A stretch of DNA of 64,000 bases from Chiloscyllium plagiosum (GCF_004010195.1 NW_025215325.1:1-64000), one strand, 5' to 3'. Positions 25,001-38,989 are shown, counted from the first letter of the stretch. Translations and numbers: made by a program. Notes: generated from the sequence alone by a model not told the origin.

Positions 25001-27002
25001 CACTCTGCACCGGGACTCGGGATCCCCCATCGCTCTACACCGGGACTCGGGATCCCCATCGCTCTACACCGGGACTCGGGATCCCCCCTTGCTCTGCACC
25101 GGGACTCGGGATCCCCCCTTGCTCTGCACCGGGACTCGGGATCCCCCCTCACTCTGCACCGGGACCCGGGATCCCCCCTCACTCTGCACTGGGACTCGGG
25201 TTCCCCCCTCGCTCTGCACCGGGAATCGCGCTCCCCCCTCACTCTGCACTGGGACTCGGGCTCCCCCCTCGCTCTGCACCGGGACTCGGGATCCCCATCG
25301 CTCTGCACTGGGGCTCGGGCTCCCCTCTCACTCTGCACCGGGACTCAGGTTCCCCCCTCACTCTGCACCTGAACTCGGGATCCCCCCTCACTCTGCACCG
25401 GGACTCGGGATCCCCCCTCACTCTGCACCGGGACTCAGGTTCCCCCCTCACTCTGCACTGGGACTCGGGATCCCCCCTCACTCTGCACTGGGACTCGGGA
25501 TCCCCTCTCACTCTGCACCAGAACTCGGGATCCCCCCTCACTCTGCACCCGGACCCGGGATCCCCCCTCACTCTGCACCGGGACTCGGGATCCCCCCTCA
25601 CTCTACACCGGGACTCGGGATCCCCCCTCACTCTGCACTGGGACTCGGGATCCCCCATCGCTCTGCACTGGGACCCGGGATCTCCCCTCGCTCTGCACCG
25701 GGTCTCGGGATCCCCCATCATTCTGCACTGGGACTCGGGATCTCCCCTCGCTCTGCACCGGGACTCGGGCTCCACCATTGCTCTGCACCGGGACTCGGGC
25801 TCCACCATTGCTCTGCACTGGGACTCGGGCTTCCCCATCGCTCTGCTCCGGGACTCTGGATCCCCCTGCACTGGGACTCGGGATCCCCCATCGCTCTGCA
25901 CTGGGACTCGGGATCGCCCTGCACTGGGACTCGGGATCCCCCTCGCTCTGCACCGGGACTCGGGATCCCCCATCACTCTGCACCGGGACTCGGGATCACC
26001 ATTCCCCTGCACCAGCACTCAGGATCCCCCTCGCTCTGCACCAGGACTTGGGCTCCCCCATCCCCCTGCACGGGGACTCGGGTTACCCCCTCACTCTGCA
26101 CTAGGACTCAGGCTCCCCCCATGCTCCACAGCGGGACTCGGGACTCGGGATCCCTCCTTGCTCTGCACCGGGTCTCGGGATCGCCTCTTGCTCAGCACCG
26201 GGTCTTGCGATCCCCCTCACTCAGCACCGGGACTCGGGATCCCCCATCGCTCTGCACCGGGACCCGGGATCTCCCCTCGCTCTGCACCGGGTCTCGGGAT
26301 CCCCCATCATTCTGCACTGGAACTCGGGATCTCCCCTCGCTCTGCACCGGGACTCGGGCTCCACCATTGCTCTGCACTGGGACTCGGGCTTCCCCATCGC
26401 TCTGCTCCGGGACTCTGGATCCCCCTGCACTGGGACTCGGGATCCCCCATCGCTCTGCACTGGGACTCGGGATCGCCCTGCACTGGGACTCGGGATCCCC
26501 CACGCTCTGCACCAGGACTCGGGATCCCCCTTGCTCGCCTCAGGGACTCGGGATCCCCCTCGCTCTGCACCGGGACTCGGGATCCCCCTCGCTCGCCTCA
26601 GGGACTCGGGTTCTCCCTCGCTCTGTACCGGGACTCGGGATCCCCCTCGCTCGCCTCAGGGACTCGGGATCCCCCTCGCTCTGCACCGGGACTCGGGATC
26701 CCCCATCACTCTGCACCGGGACTCGGGATCACCATTCCCCTGCACCAGCACTCAGGATCCCCCTCGCTCTGCACCAGGACTTGGGCTCCCCCATCCCCCT
26801 GCACGGGGACTCGGGTTACCCCCTCACTCTGCACTAGGACTCAGGCTCCCCCCATGCTCCACAGCGGGACTCGGGACTCGGGATCCCTCCTTGCTCTGCA
26901 CCGGGTCTCGGGATCGCCTCTTGCTCAGCACCGGGTCTTGCGATCCCCCTCACTCAGCACCGGGACTCGGGATCCCCCATCGCTCTGCACCGGGACTCGG
27001 GT
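22035..27002. repeat. ~5-kb GC-rich 30-bp minisatellite (gggactcgggatcccccctcgctctgcacc)n
   Basis: Direct tandem units that vary mainly in C-run length, with higher-order duplications. Confidence 0.97.
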
Positions 27003-27904
27003 TAAGACAGAGATACATAGGTTCTTGGTTAGTAAGGAGATCAAAGATTACAGATTAACGTCAGGAGAATGGGGTTGAGAAACCTGTCAGCCATGATTGA
27101 ATGATGAAGTAGACCTGACGGGCTGAATAGTCTTATGTTCACTTGGTCATTGCTGATGCTGGCTGCTCTGTTTAACACTGCATGGAGTATTACCTGGCTG
27201 GCAATGGGCCATCCCCCTGGGACCACGGAGGATGTCCCTCTAACATGCACTGTGACTAGAACCTCATCAACAACTGCAGGAACAGTAGCTAAGGAAGCGC
27301 TACAGCAGTGAAATTGAAGATAATTTTAAATAAATTGAATAAAAATGCGACAGAGGGAAGGGATCCTGTCTGAGGAAAGCTGCCTTCCATGCCCGCAGTC
27401 CCCTCTTTCCCTTGAAAACAATTTATCACCATTCCCCGTGTTAATGCCAATGAGCTGATAAAACAACCTTTTACAGGGCCAGAATATGCTGAATCTGGCT
27501 TCGCCCCATCTCTGACTCAGTGTCAGTAACATTCCCCAGCAGCTGGGACACTGAGCCATAGCTTCCTCCTCATTTAACTGTCCCCACCCTCACTTTGTTC
27601 TCACTTAATGCCACATTGTTTAGTTCTGCCTTTCATGAGTTCAGTTACTGGTCAGCTGTCTTCACAGGTATTAACCGAGCTTCTACAAGTTTCCAGAATA
27701 CCCTGTGTTTGTAGCAGAGTAACTATTTCTTGAGTGGAAACTGCAGAGCAGGCATCAATCTCCAGCAGCAATACCCACCTTTCATCAGCACAGAAGCCTC
27801 TAGGTGTATCAACTGCAGCAGACTCCCCTGCTTACTAATTTAACACGGTTTTGATAAGAGCTTTAGAAAATTAACAGTTTCTACTTTACTGTTGTTAGAA
27901 TACT

Positions 27905-28072
27905 GAATGGACTCACAAACCCTTAGCATTCGCCTGTACCTGTGTTTTTGTTGTTGCTGCTGTTCACCTATTATTTGCTATCTACGCTATTTAACTCTGT
28001 GATCTGTCTGTATTGCTCGCAGGACAAAGCTTTTCACTGTGCCTCAGTACACGTGATGATAAATTCAATTCA
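27905..28072 (+). mobile_element. LINE 3' end (Rex1/Babar- or L2-like) with (aattc)n tail
   Basis: aaagcttttcactgtgcctcagtacacgtgatgataaattcaattcaat. Confidence 0.45.
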
Positions 28073-29043
28073 ATGAAGAAGTAACAAAGAGGATTGATGA
28101 GGGCAGAGCAGTAGACATGATCTCTATGGACTTCAGTAAGGCATTCGACAAAGTTCCCCATGGGAGACTGATTAGCAAGGTTAGATCTCACGGAATACAG
28201 GGAGAACTAGCTATTTGGATACAGAACTGGCTCAAAGGTAGAAGAGAGAGGGTTGTGGTGGAGGGTTGTTTTTCAGACTGGAGGCCTGTGACCAGTGGAG
28301 TGCCACAAGGATCGGTGCTGGGCCCTCTACTTTTTGTCATTTACATAAATTATTTGGATGCGAGCATAAGAGGTACAGTTAGTAAGTTTGCAGATGACAC
28401 CAAAATTGGAGGTGTAGTGGACAGCGAAGAGGGTTACCTCAGATTACAACAGGATCTGGACCNNNNNNNNNNNNNNNNNNNNNNNNNNNNNNNNNNNNNN
28501 NNNNNNNNNNNNNNNNNNNNNNNNNNNNNNNNNNNNNNNNNNNNNNNNNNNNNNNNNNNNNNNNNNNNNNNNNNNNNNNNNNNNNNNNNNNNNNNNNNNN
28601 NNNNNNNNNNNNNNNNNNNNNNNNNNNNNNNNNNNNNNNNNNNNNNNNNNNNNNNNNNNNNNNNNNNNNNNNNNNNNNNNNNNNNNNNNNNNNNNNNNNN
28701 NNNNNNNNNNNNNNNNNNNNNNNNNNNNNNNNNGGGGTCAGGGAGTCCAGAACTAGAGGGCATAGGTTTAGGGTGAGAGGGGCAAGATATAAAAGAGACC
28801 CAAGGGGCAACTTTTTCACACAGTGGATGGTACGTGTATGGAATGAGCTGCCAGAGGATGTGGTGGAGGCTGGTACAACTGCAACATTTAAGAGGCAATT
28901 GGATGGGTATATGAATAGGAAGGGTTTGGAGGGATATGGGCTGGGTGCTGGTCGGTGGGACTAGATTGGGTTGGGATATCTGGTTGGCATGGATGGGTTG
29001 GACCGAAGGGTCTGTTTCCATGCTGTACATCTCTATGACTCTA
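28073..29043 (+). mobile_element. CR1/HER1 LINE RT and 3' end (with N gap)
   Basis: [12 protein letters not shown]...[10 protein letters not shown]...KFADDTK and the 3' tail ctctatgactct. Confidence 0.92.
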
Positions 29044-29094
29044 ATTCAAGCAAAACAATGCTCCACACATGGAGCATCAAACCTCATTGCTATT

Positions 29095-29235
29095 CACTTC
29101 AGCTCTAATGAAGAGTCCTCTAGACTTGAAACGTTAGTTTGCTCTCTCTCCACGGATGCTGCCTGATCCACTGGGATCTCCAGCATTTGTTGTTTTCAGT
29201 TCAGATTCCAGCATCTGCAAGAATTTGTTCCTACA
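29095..29235 (+). mobile_element. Penelope-like terminal fragment with a degenerate hammerhead core
   Basis: cagctCTAATGAaGAGTCctctaGACTTGAAAcgtt...gattccagcatctgca. Confidence 0.55.
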
Positions 29236-29544
29236 CTTTATTGCTTTCAAGCCCTCCAGTAGAAACAGAACTGTTTAAAGAAGTTATGGGATTCAATCCT
29301 AAATCAATTTTATAATAATTTAATTTGATTAGAATTAAAGCAGGGCAATCTTGTGATGCAGTGGATGGTGTCCCTGACTCTGAGCCAGAAGCTCCACATT
29401 CATGTTCCATTCCAGGACTTGACAGTCAAGTAGGAAGAATTAACAACTCAGTGAAGGATTAACCCATAAATCCTCCCAACAAACAACAGATTGGGAGAGG
29501 TTCCTGGTCAGCTGTGTGTCTCTACCATCACTAGGACGGGTTGA

Positions 29545-30230
29545 TCAGTATGTTTGCAGGTGATACAGAAAAATGCTCAGGTGATAAATGGTGAGGGGGA
29601 TAGCCTTAGATTCGAGGTTGGTAGGAATGGGCTGGTCAGCTGGGCTGATCAGCATCAAATGGAATCCAATCTGGATATCTATCAGTCCCCTAAGGTAGTG
29701 GGACACGTAGGCAAAGTGGTTAAGAAGGCATATGGGATACTTGCCTTCACTAGCCAAAGTTAAAAATCACACAACACCAGGTTATAGTCCAACCGGTTGA
29801 AAGTTTGTATTGTCAAATAAACCTGTTGGACAAAAGCTGGTGTTGTGTGATTCTTAACTTTGTCCATCCCAGTCCAATAATGGCACTTCCACCTCATTAG
29901 TCAAGGCATAGAGTTTATGAGTAGGGAGTTTATGTTTGCACTGTACAAACTTGGATTGGCTACAGGAGGGATGTGATAGCACTGGAAAGGATGCAGAGTA
30001 GATTTACCAGGTTGTTGCCTGGGCTGGGGAGTTTTGGTTATGAGGAGAATTTGGACAGACTAGGATTGTTTTCCTGAGAAAAGAGGGCATTGAAGGGAAA
30101 CATGATTGAGATGTATACAATTAGGACAGGAGCATCAATAGGGTAGACAAGAAAGAACTCTTCCCTTTGATGGATAGATCAATGATCAAGGAGCATAGAT
30201 TTAAGTAAAGAGGTGGGAAGATTAGAGGGA
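29545..30230 (+). mobile_element. Old CR1 fragment containing a fold-back insertion (29757-29897)
   Basis: KVVKKAYGILAF...LERMQSRFTRLLPG. The inserted aaaaatcacacaacaccagg sequence forms an inverted repeat. Confidence 0.75.
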
Positions 30231-31160
30231 TAGAACATAGAACATAGAAAAGTACAGCACAGAAGAGGCCCTTTGGCCCACAATGTTGTGCCGAGGATTA
30301 ATCCTAATGTAATATATAATAACTTAACCTACGCACCCCTCCATTCACTGCTCTCCATGTGCATGTCCAGCAGTCACTTAAATGTCCCCAATGACTCTGC
30401 TTCCACCACTACAGCTGGCAATGCATTCCATGCATTCACAGCTCTCTGTGTAAAGAACCTTCGTCTGATGTCTCCTCTATACCTTCCTCCTGCTATCTTC
30501 AAACTATGACTCCTCATGCAATTCAATCCTGCCCTGGGGAAAAGTCTCTGGCTATTGACTCTATCTATTCCACTCATTACCTTGTAAACCTTGATCAGGT
30601 CTCTTCTCTTCCTCCTTCTCTCCAGAGAGAAAAGTCTGAGCTTATTCAACCTTTCTTCATAAGGCAAGCCCTCCAGTCCAGGCAGCATCCTGGTAAACCT
30701 TCTTTGCACCCTCTCCAAAGCCTCTGTATCTTTCCTATAGTAGGGAGACCAGAACTGGACACAATATTCCAAGTGTGGCCTCACCAGGGGTTTGTAGAGC
30801 TGTAGCAAAACCTCGTGGCTCTTAAACTCGATCCCCCGTTAATGAAAGCCAAAATACTATATGCTTTCTTAACAACCCTATCCACTTGGGTGGCAACTTT
30901 GAGAGATCTATGTACTTGCACACCCAGATCCCTCTGTTCCTCCACACTGCCAAGAATCCTGTCTTTAATCCTATATTCAGCATTCGAGTTCGACCTTCCA
31001 AAATGCATCACTTCGCATTTATCCAGGTTGAACTCCATCTGCCATTTCTCAGTCCAGCTCTGCAGCCTGTCTATGTCGCTCTGCGGTCTGTAATGGCCCT
31101 GCAGCAGAGGTCCAAGAACAGAGCCCTGCGGGACCCCACTCAACACTGACCTCCAGTCCT
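30231..31160 (-). mobile_element. CR1 LINE 3' portion with an internal deletion in RT
   Basis: [31 protein letters not shown] joined directly to downstream RT sequence, (tagaaca)n tail. Confidence 0.9.
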
Positions 31161-32871
31161 TCTTCAGGGCTTATGCCCGAAACGTCGATTCTCCTGCTCC
31201 TTTGATGCTGCCTGACCTGCTGTGCTTTTCCAGCAACACATTTTTAAAGTGTATAAGGCAACAGGCTGAGTGCTGGAAAATGGGATTAAAATAAACAGGT
31301 GCTTGTTTTTGGCTGGTGCAGATTGGATGGACCAATGGGCCCTTTTCTGCGTTGTAGACCTCAATGACTATCCAGAGTTCCAGCCTACAATATTTGGTAA
31401 AAGTATGTGTTGTCATAGCAACTTGACTCTTTGGGCACAGGTTAGTTAGCTCACTTAGCTGGATACCATGTGAATCAGATTAGTGCCAACAGCGAGGGGT
31501 TCAATCCCTGTTCTGGTTGGGGTGGATTCAGGGCCTGGCTGTTTTCCCTATCCCCTGGTTGGTGTCAGACCTGTGAGTTGGATCTGCCTCTGGGACAGAG
31601 AACTCAAGATAAAGAATTAAATCAGAGGCACTATACTACCCAACAGTAGCAACAACAACTTGCATTTAGTTGGGAGCTTCAATATAACAAAAAAGTCTCT
31701 AGGGTACTTCCGTGGATTAAAAAGAGGACTGCGGATGCTGGAAGTACAAACAATTCTGAAGGAGGGTCACTGGACTCGAGACGTTATCCCTGCTTTCTCT
31801 CCACAGATGCTGTCAGATCTGCTGAGTACCTCCAGCATTTTCTGTTTTTGTTACTTCATAAGATTGTTATCAAACATAACAGGCTCTAGGTCGAAGAGTT
31901 GTAAAGTCAGGTGATCAAAATCTTGGTCATAGAGATCAGCTTTCAGGAATGTCCCAAAAGGAGGTGAACGGGGTACTGAGATTTACCGAGGGATTTCCAG
32001 ACCTTAGCCCTCAGGCAGTTGAAGGCACGGTTGCAATGGTGGAGTAATGGTAACTGAGTTTGTCCAAGAGGCAGAATCGGTGGGGTGCTGAGATCTCAGA
32101 GGATAAATATGCTCATTGGGCCCATTGTCCTGAAACTACCTTTTAATCTCATTTCTCTAGAGACAGCCTGAAATAAATCTGCCCTTTGCTGTCAATGCTG
32201 AGCTATTAAGATCAGTATTCACATAAGCTGATCGAGATATTTGGCTTGATTAAACATTAGTGTTTTGTTGGGTGATGGAAACACACAACCTGGAAATCCC
32301 ATAGAGCTCTGGTCACTGTGCCGTAGATGTTGGCCATGTTTTCTTTACAGATTGGCCATTATGCAATGTGTCAGAACCGACATCTGTTTCCAAGTTTAAA
32401 ACTGACTAATCTTACTCAAACATTTCTTGGCACAGTTGTCCAGTAATTAATTATCAGAGCTCTGTTGCTAGCGGACACTGCAACATAGCTGAAAGAACTT
32501 TGTTCACTAAGTGTCAGACCTCCCTCTTCCTCAGCTTTTCCTTCAGCTCTACCAGCTGCAGACATAGTTGAGAGTACAGGAGCGGGGTTTATGAGGGATA
32601 GAGATGGTGAGCAGTTTAGGCTGCACAGGAAGGGACTTGTGTGAACAAGTATCTAAAAGACAGAGCCAAGTCCTAACAATGAGAGGTCAGTGAGAGGACT
32701 CATACAAAGGGTTCACCAGCAGCAGCAATGAAATTCTGGTTTGATTAAAATCACAAATGAGGTGACTGATAAGTCAAGACAAACAGTGATACAAAGAGAG
32801 AGAAACAAACATGTTAACAGTACAGAACTAATAACCCAAGATGTGTTGGACAAATGAATCACCTTTCTTTC

Positions 32872-33088
32872 AAAGTCAGAAGTCAGATGACACCAGGTTA
32901 TAGTCCAACAGGTTTCTCTGAAATCTCAAGCTTTTAGAGCGCTGCCCCTTTGTCAAGTGAAGTGACCTGATGAAGGTACTATGCTCCGAAAGCTTGAGAT
33001 TTCAAATAAATCTGTTGGACTATCACCCGGTGTCATCTGACTTCTGAGTTTGTCTACCGAGTGCAACACCAGCACTTCCGCATCATAT
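32872..33088. mobile_element. Fold-back Penelope-derived element (ggttatagtccaacagg family)
   Basis: Inverted arms 32872-33051, CTGATGA...GAAAGCTT core, TSD ctttctttc. Confidence 0.7.
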
Positions 33089-33117
33089 CTTTCTTTCTGC
33101 AGCAGTACACTTTCCAG

Positions 33118-33378
33118 CATATAGCTTTAAATTAAGGGGGGGTAGATATAGGACAGATGTTAGGGGTAGGTTCTTCACTCAGCGAGTCGTTAGTTCATGG
33201 AATGCCCTGCCAGTAACAGTGGTGGACTCTCCCTCTTTATGGGCATTTAAGAGGGCATTGGATAGGTATATGGAGGATAGTGGGTTAGTGTAGTTTAGGT
33301 GGGCTTGGATCGGCGCAACATCGAGGGCCCAAGGGCCTGTACTGCGCTGTATTCTTCTATGTTCTATGTTCTATGTTC
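33118..33378 (+). mobile_element. CR1 3' end with (gttctat)n tail
   Basis: catagctttaaattaagggg...ttcttctatgttctatgttctatgttc. Confidence 0.85.
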
Positions 33379-33379
33379 A

Positions 33380-36300
33380 TATAAGAACATCAATCAGTAC
33401 AGCTCAGTACAGGCCCTTCAGCCCACGATGTTGTGCCAAGCATTTATCTTAATCTAAGATCAACCTAACCCACACACTTCCCAATTTACTGCCGTCCATG
33501 TGCTTGTCCAGCAGTCAATGTGCTGTCCAGCAGTCACTTAAATGTCCCTAATGTCTCTGACTCTACTACCACTGCTGGCAGTGCATTCCACATACCCACC
33601 ACTCTCTGTGTAATGAACCGACCTCTGACATTTCCCCTAAACCTTCCTCCAATCACCTTAAAATTATGCCCCCTTGTCTCTGGCTATCTACTCTATCTCT
33701 GTCTCTCATTACTTTGTACACCTCTATCAAGTCACCTCTCTTCCTTCTTCCTTCCAGTGTGAAAAGCCCGAGCTGACTCAATCTCTCTTCATAAGACATG
33801 CCCTCCAATCCAGGCAGCATCATGGTAAATCCCCTCTGCACCCTCTCTAAAGCATCTACATCCTCCCTATAATGAGGTGACTATAAATGGACACAATATT
33901 CCAAATGTGGTCTAACCAGGGTTTTATAGAGCTGCCGCAAAACCTCGCGGCTCTGAAACTCAATCCTCCTGTTAATGAAAGCCAAAACACCAGGACATCT
34001 TCACAACCTTATCATCTTGGGTCGCAACTTTGAGGGGTCTATGTACGTGAACCCCAAGTTCCTGCTGTTCCTCCACACTGCCAAGAATCCTGTCTTTAAC
34101 CCTGTATTTAGCATTCAAATTCAACCTTCAAAATGCATCACTTCGCATTTATCCAGGTTGAACTCCATCTGCCACTTCCCAGCCCAGTTCTGTATCCTGT
34201 CAATGTCTTGCTGTAGCCTGCAACAGCCCTCAACACTATCCACAACACCACCTTTGTGTCATTGGCAAACTTACTAACCCACCCTTCCACTTCTTCCTGC
34301 AAGTCATTTATAAAAACTATCATGCCACTGTTCACCGACCTCCAGGCAGTAAACGTTCCATCCTCTACCACTCACTGTCTTCTTTCAGCCAGCCAATTCT
34401 GTATCCATACAGCCAAATTTCCCTATATCCCTAACCTTCTAAATGAGCTTACCGTAGGGACCTCATCAAATGCCTTATTGAAATCCATATGCACCACATC
34501 CACTGTTTGACCTTTGTCAACTTGTCTCATCACATCCTCAAAGAACTCAATAAGGCTTGTGAGGCATGACCTGCCCCTCACAAAGCCATGCTGACTATCT
34601 TTAATCAAACTCTGTTTTTCCAAATAGTCATAAATCCTATATCTCAGAATCCTTTCCAGTACCTTGCTTACCACAGACATAAGACTGACTGGTCTGAAAA
34701 TCCCAGGGATTTCCCTATTCCTTTTCTTGAACAGAGGAACAACATTTGCCTCCCTCCAATCATCCAGTACTACTCCCGCGGAGAGTGAGGATGCAAAGAT
34801 CATCGCCAGAGGTACAGCAATCTCATTCCTCACTTCCCGTACTACGCTTGGATATATCTGGATCAGTGGTGCTGGAGGAGCACAGTAGTTCAGGCAGCAT
34901 TCAACGAGCAGCGAAATCGACGTTTCGGGCAAAAGCCCTTCATCAGGAATAAAGGCAGTGAGCCTGAAGCGTGGAGAGATAAGCTAGGGGAGGGTGGGGG
35001 TGGGGAGAAAGTAGCATAGAGTACAATGGGTGAGTGGGGGAGGAGATGAAGGTGATAGGTCAGGGAGGAGAGGGTGGAGTGGATAGATGGAAAAGGAGCT
35101 AGGCAGGTCAGACAAGTCCGGACAAGTCATGGGAACAGTGCTGAGCTGGAAGTTTGAAACTAGGATGAGGTGGGGAAAGGGGAAATGAGGAAGCTGTTGA
35201 AGTCCACATTGATGCCCTGGGGTTGAAGTGTTATATCTGGTCCGGCCCTATCTATCTTGATGCTTTCCAGAATTTCTAACACATCCACTTCCATAATATC
35301 AATGTGTTCAAAGCTATTAACTTGGTCCATGGTATTCTCACTAATTAACAAAGTCCCTCTCTCTAGTGAATACTGAAGCAAAGAAACTCATTTAGGGCCT
35401 CCCCTACCTCTTCAGACTCCAGACACAAGCTCCCTCCACTATCCCTGATCGGCCCTACTCTCTCTCTGATCATTCTCTTTGGGTGTCCCTTAATCTTTCT
35501 CGCCAAAGCTTTCTCGTGTCTGTTCCCAGCTTTGCTTAGTCCGTTTTTGAGTTCTTTACTAGTTACCCTGTCATCCTCTAAAGCTGTGCCAGTTCCTTGC
35601 TTCCTCACCCTTAAGTAAGCTTCCTGCTTCCTCTTGACGAGAAGCTCCTCTGCTCTTGTCATCCAAGGCTCCTTCACCTTACCATTCTTTGCCTGTCTCA
35701 GTGGGACAATGTTATCCAACACTCACAACAAGTGATCCTGAAATAGCCTCCACGTTTCGGTTGTGCAATTCCCGTAGAACAATTGTTCCCAATTTATACC
35801 TCACAGCTCCTGCCTAATAGCAGTATACTTTCCCCTCCCCCAATTAAATACCTTCCCATACTGTCTGTTCCTTTCCCTCTCCATGGCTATGGTAAAGGTG
35901 AGGCAGTTGTGATCACTGTCACTGAATGTTCTCCCACCGAGAGATCTGACACCTGGCCTGGCTCATGGCTGAGCACCAAATCCAATATGGCCTCCCTCTT
36001 TTTTGGTCTATCTCCATTTTGAGTCAGGAAGCCTTCCTGGACACACCTGACAAAATCTGCTCCATCCAAACCACCTGCACTAAGGACATTCCAATCAATA
36101 TTGGGGAAGTTGAAGTCACCCATAACAACAATTCTGCTACCTCTGCACATTTCAAGATCTGTTGTCCAATCTGTTCTTCCATCTCTCTGCTGCTATTGGG
36201 GGGTCTATAGAAAATACCTAATAAAGTGACTGCTCCTTTCCTGTTACTGACTTCCACCCATACTGACTCAGTAAACAAACCCTCCTCAATAACCTCCTTT

Positions 36301-37195
36301 TCTGCAGCTGTGATGCACTCTCTAATTAACAATGCTACTCTCCTCCTCTTTTACCCCTCTCCCGGTTCTTTTTAAAAGATCGAAACCCGGAAACATCCAA
36401 CAACCATTCCAGTCTCTGTGAAATCCATGTCTCCATTACGGCCACAACATCGTAGTTCCAAGTACTGATCCGTGCTCTAAGTTCCTCACTCTTATTCCTG
36501 ACACTCCTTGCATTGAAACAGACACACTTTAACCCGTCCCTTTGCCATAACAACTGTGTATCCTTCCTGACAGACTCTCTGCATCCTATTTCTGTCTGTT
36601 CAACAGCTACTCTCTCCCCTCTTTGGTCCCTATTCCCCAGACAAACTAGTTTAAACCCTCCCGAAGTGTCTAGCAGATCTCCCGCCCAGGACATTGGTGC
36701 CCCTCCAGTCCTTCATGTACAGGTCCCACCTTCCCCAGAAGGTACCCCAATGATCTATGTCCCTCCTGCACCAGCCCTGTAGCCATGTGTTTAGCTGCAC
36801 TTGCTCCTGTTACTCGCCTCACTAGCGCGTGGCACCGGTAGTCATCCTGAGATTCCTACTCTGCTTTTTAGCTTCCAATCTAACTCCCTGAAATTGCTTT
36901 TTAGATCCTCATCCCTTTTCCTAGCTATGTTATTGGTGCCAATGTGCACCATGACTTCTGGTTGCTCGCCTTCCCCCTTCAGGATCTTGTAGTCTCGATC
37001 AGAGACATCCTGGACCTTGGCACCTGGGAGGCTTAATACCATCTGGGAGTCCCGTTCACGACCACAGAATCTCCTGTCTGTTCTCTAATTGTTGAGTCTC
37101 CTACCACTAGTGCTTTTCTATTCTGCCCCCCTTCCATTCTGAGCCACAGAGACAGGCTCAGTGCCAGAGACCTGGCCGCTGTGGCTTTCCCCTGG
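33380..37195 (-). mobile_element. Long degenerate CR1 LINE: ORF1 SGNH esterase, ORF2 AP endonuclease and RT
   Basis: ALVVGDSTIR and VHIGTNN (esterase ORF1), CFNARSVRNK, METW, YRPPN, MGDFNFPNIDW (APE), QHGFVRGRSCLT and DFNKAFD (RT). Many frameshifts and stops. Confidence 0.93.
34862..35231 (-). mobile_element. Penelope-like 3' fragment inserted in CR1, with an intact hammerhead core at 34919-34946
   Basis: LQPQGINVDF end and TSD tatatctgg (34853-34861, 35232-35240). The minus strand reads CTGATGA-A-GGGC(tttt)GCCC-GAAA-CG-TC. Confidence 0.8.
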
Positions 37196-37604
37196 TTATT
37201 AAACAGGATTATGCAGGCCAATCGGCCCAAGTGACCCATGCTGACATCTGCGCACGTCTCTTCCCTTCATCTAACACTCCTCCACATTCCCTTCTCTTCA
37301 TTCCTCTCTCATGTTTATCCAGATTTTCTGCTAAATACATCTAGCCATATTCACCTCAACCACTGACTGCTCCATATCTTCACCAGCCTTTAAGCAATGT
37401 TTAATGGAATTATTATGAATTATGTATGAGCTCTAGCTTTGGACTCCCCCATAACTGGAAGTACTGGGTGGAATCATCAGCTGTTGTGCTGGTGGCGAAT
37501 CCAAAGGGTATGTGGTTAGGTGTACCCCTTCAAAACCCTTTCAGAATTTTAAAGAGTCCTTTTAGATCAGATCTTCAGCATTCTCTTTTTTCATGAAATG
37601 AGAA

Positions 37605-37929
37605 GGATGGCACAATGGCTCAGTGGTTAGCACTACTGCCTCCCAGCGTCAGGGACCTGGGTTCGATTCTCGCCTTGGTGACTTTCTGTGTGGAGTTTGC
37701 ACACTCTCCCCGTGTCTGTGTGGGTTTCTTCTGGGTGCTCCGGTTTCCTCCCACAGTCCAAAGATGTGCAGGTTAAACCAGCCATGCTAAATTGCCCATA
37801 GTGTTAGATGCATTAGTCAGGGGTAAATATTGGGTAGGGGAATGGGTCTGGGTGGGCTGCGCTTCGGCGGGTCAGTGTGGACTTGTTGGGCCGAAGGGCC
37901 TGTTTCCATACTGTAGGGAATCTAATCTG
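37605..37929 (+). mobile_element. Full-length HE1-like V-SINE
   Basis: A box tggctcagtgg, B box ggttcgattc, V domain and tail gggaatctaatct. Confidence 0.88.
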
Positions 37930-38989
37930 AATCCCAGTCTTTCCTGATAGATATGACTTCTCAGTTGTATTTTCATTGCAAGAAGCTTGTTCCTTGAGTA
38001 TTGTCCGACAGTACAGATATACATGCTCACAATTCACAGACCCCACTGTGCAGAACGTGCTTTTAGCTCTAGATTGGGGAGGAATAAATAAAATCAGACT
38101 CTCTCAACCATGGCTCCACCAGTGAAGTGGTACTGAGACTCAGAGCACAAGAAAGCTCCAGATTTGAGTAAATTAATCTCACCTGGTAACAGGGGATAGG
38201 AAGAGAAGTAAATGAAGATTTGCATGTCTCTGAGTTAGAAGGTGTAATTTTCACTCCATTGCCAATAACATAAGCTGATACTACCAATGCAATACCAAGG
38301 GAATACTGCACTGTCACAGGCACTGTCTGTTGTATGCTGTCTCAGGTGAAAGAAAAAGGGAAAATGCAAGCATTTGAAAAAGTTCCTTAGGAGTTCTTTA
38401 GTATCATAAATACAAAGAAAATATACAGAAATCTGAAAGTTTGTAAGCCTGAATCATTAACTTTGCTTTTCTCCTAAAACAGACTGCTTGGATAGTTGAG
38501 TGACTCCAAGACTTTCTATTGTGATTTCAGATTTCCAGCGTGAACAGTATTAGCAAGCAGTTTATCTAATCACTTTAGTAGGATATTTATTTGCTCACTG
38601 CTCTTGATGAGATTGTGCCCGAGTTGATGATTAAACAAGTTGTGGTTCAGAGATTTGCAGACAGGCTATTTTTACCCAGAGTTTACAGAAATCTGCGTCC
38701 CGGATTAATCCTGATCCAGTCGAACAGTCCTGAATTATTGTGGGTTGGGTTATGGGTTGGTCAGGATCAAGTAGGAATCCAGTAATATTTTATGAAGCTC
38801 TCCAGAGATTTTAACAGCCTCAGGACAGACACATATGGCAGCTGACTGGGAATTCTGCACTGTTGTGTATGCTGATAGCTGTGTGCTTCAGAGTAGCTGA
38901 GCACCGGGATAGGATCTTCCTGGATGAATGGGTTGCCAGCCAAAGCCAAGCACTTGTTCATCTCAGCTGGCCTCATTGGTTTCGAAATG

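Noticed and set aside
22034..27078. 1112-aa and 872-aa ORFs and other overlapping long ORFs
   Set aside because: They are by-products of a stop-free 30-bp tandem unit, are open in most frames on both strands, and switch frame with C-run length.
37605..37680. tRNA-like A and B boxes
   Set aside because: This is the head of a HE1-like SINE that continues into the V domain and LINE-like tail. It is not a tRNA gene.
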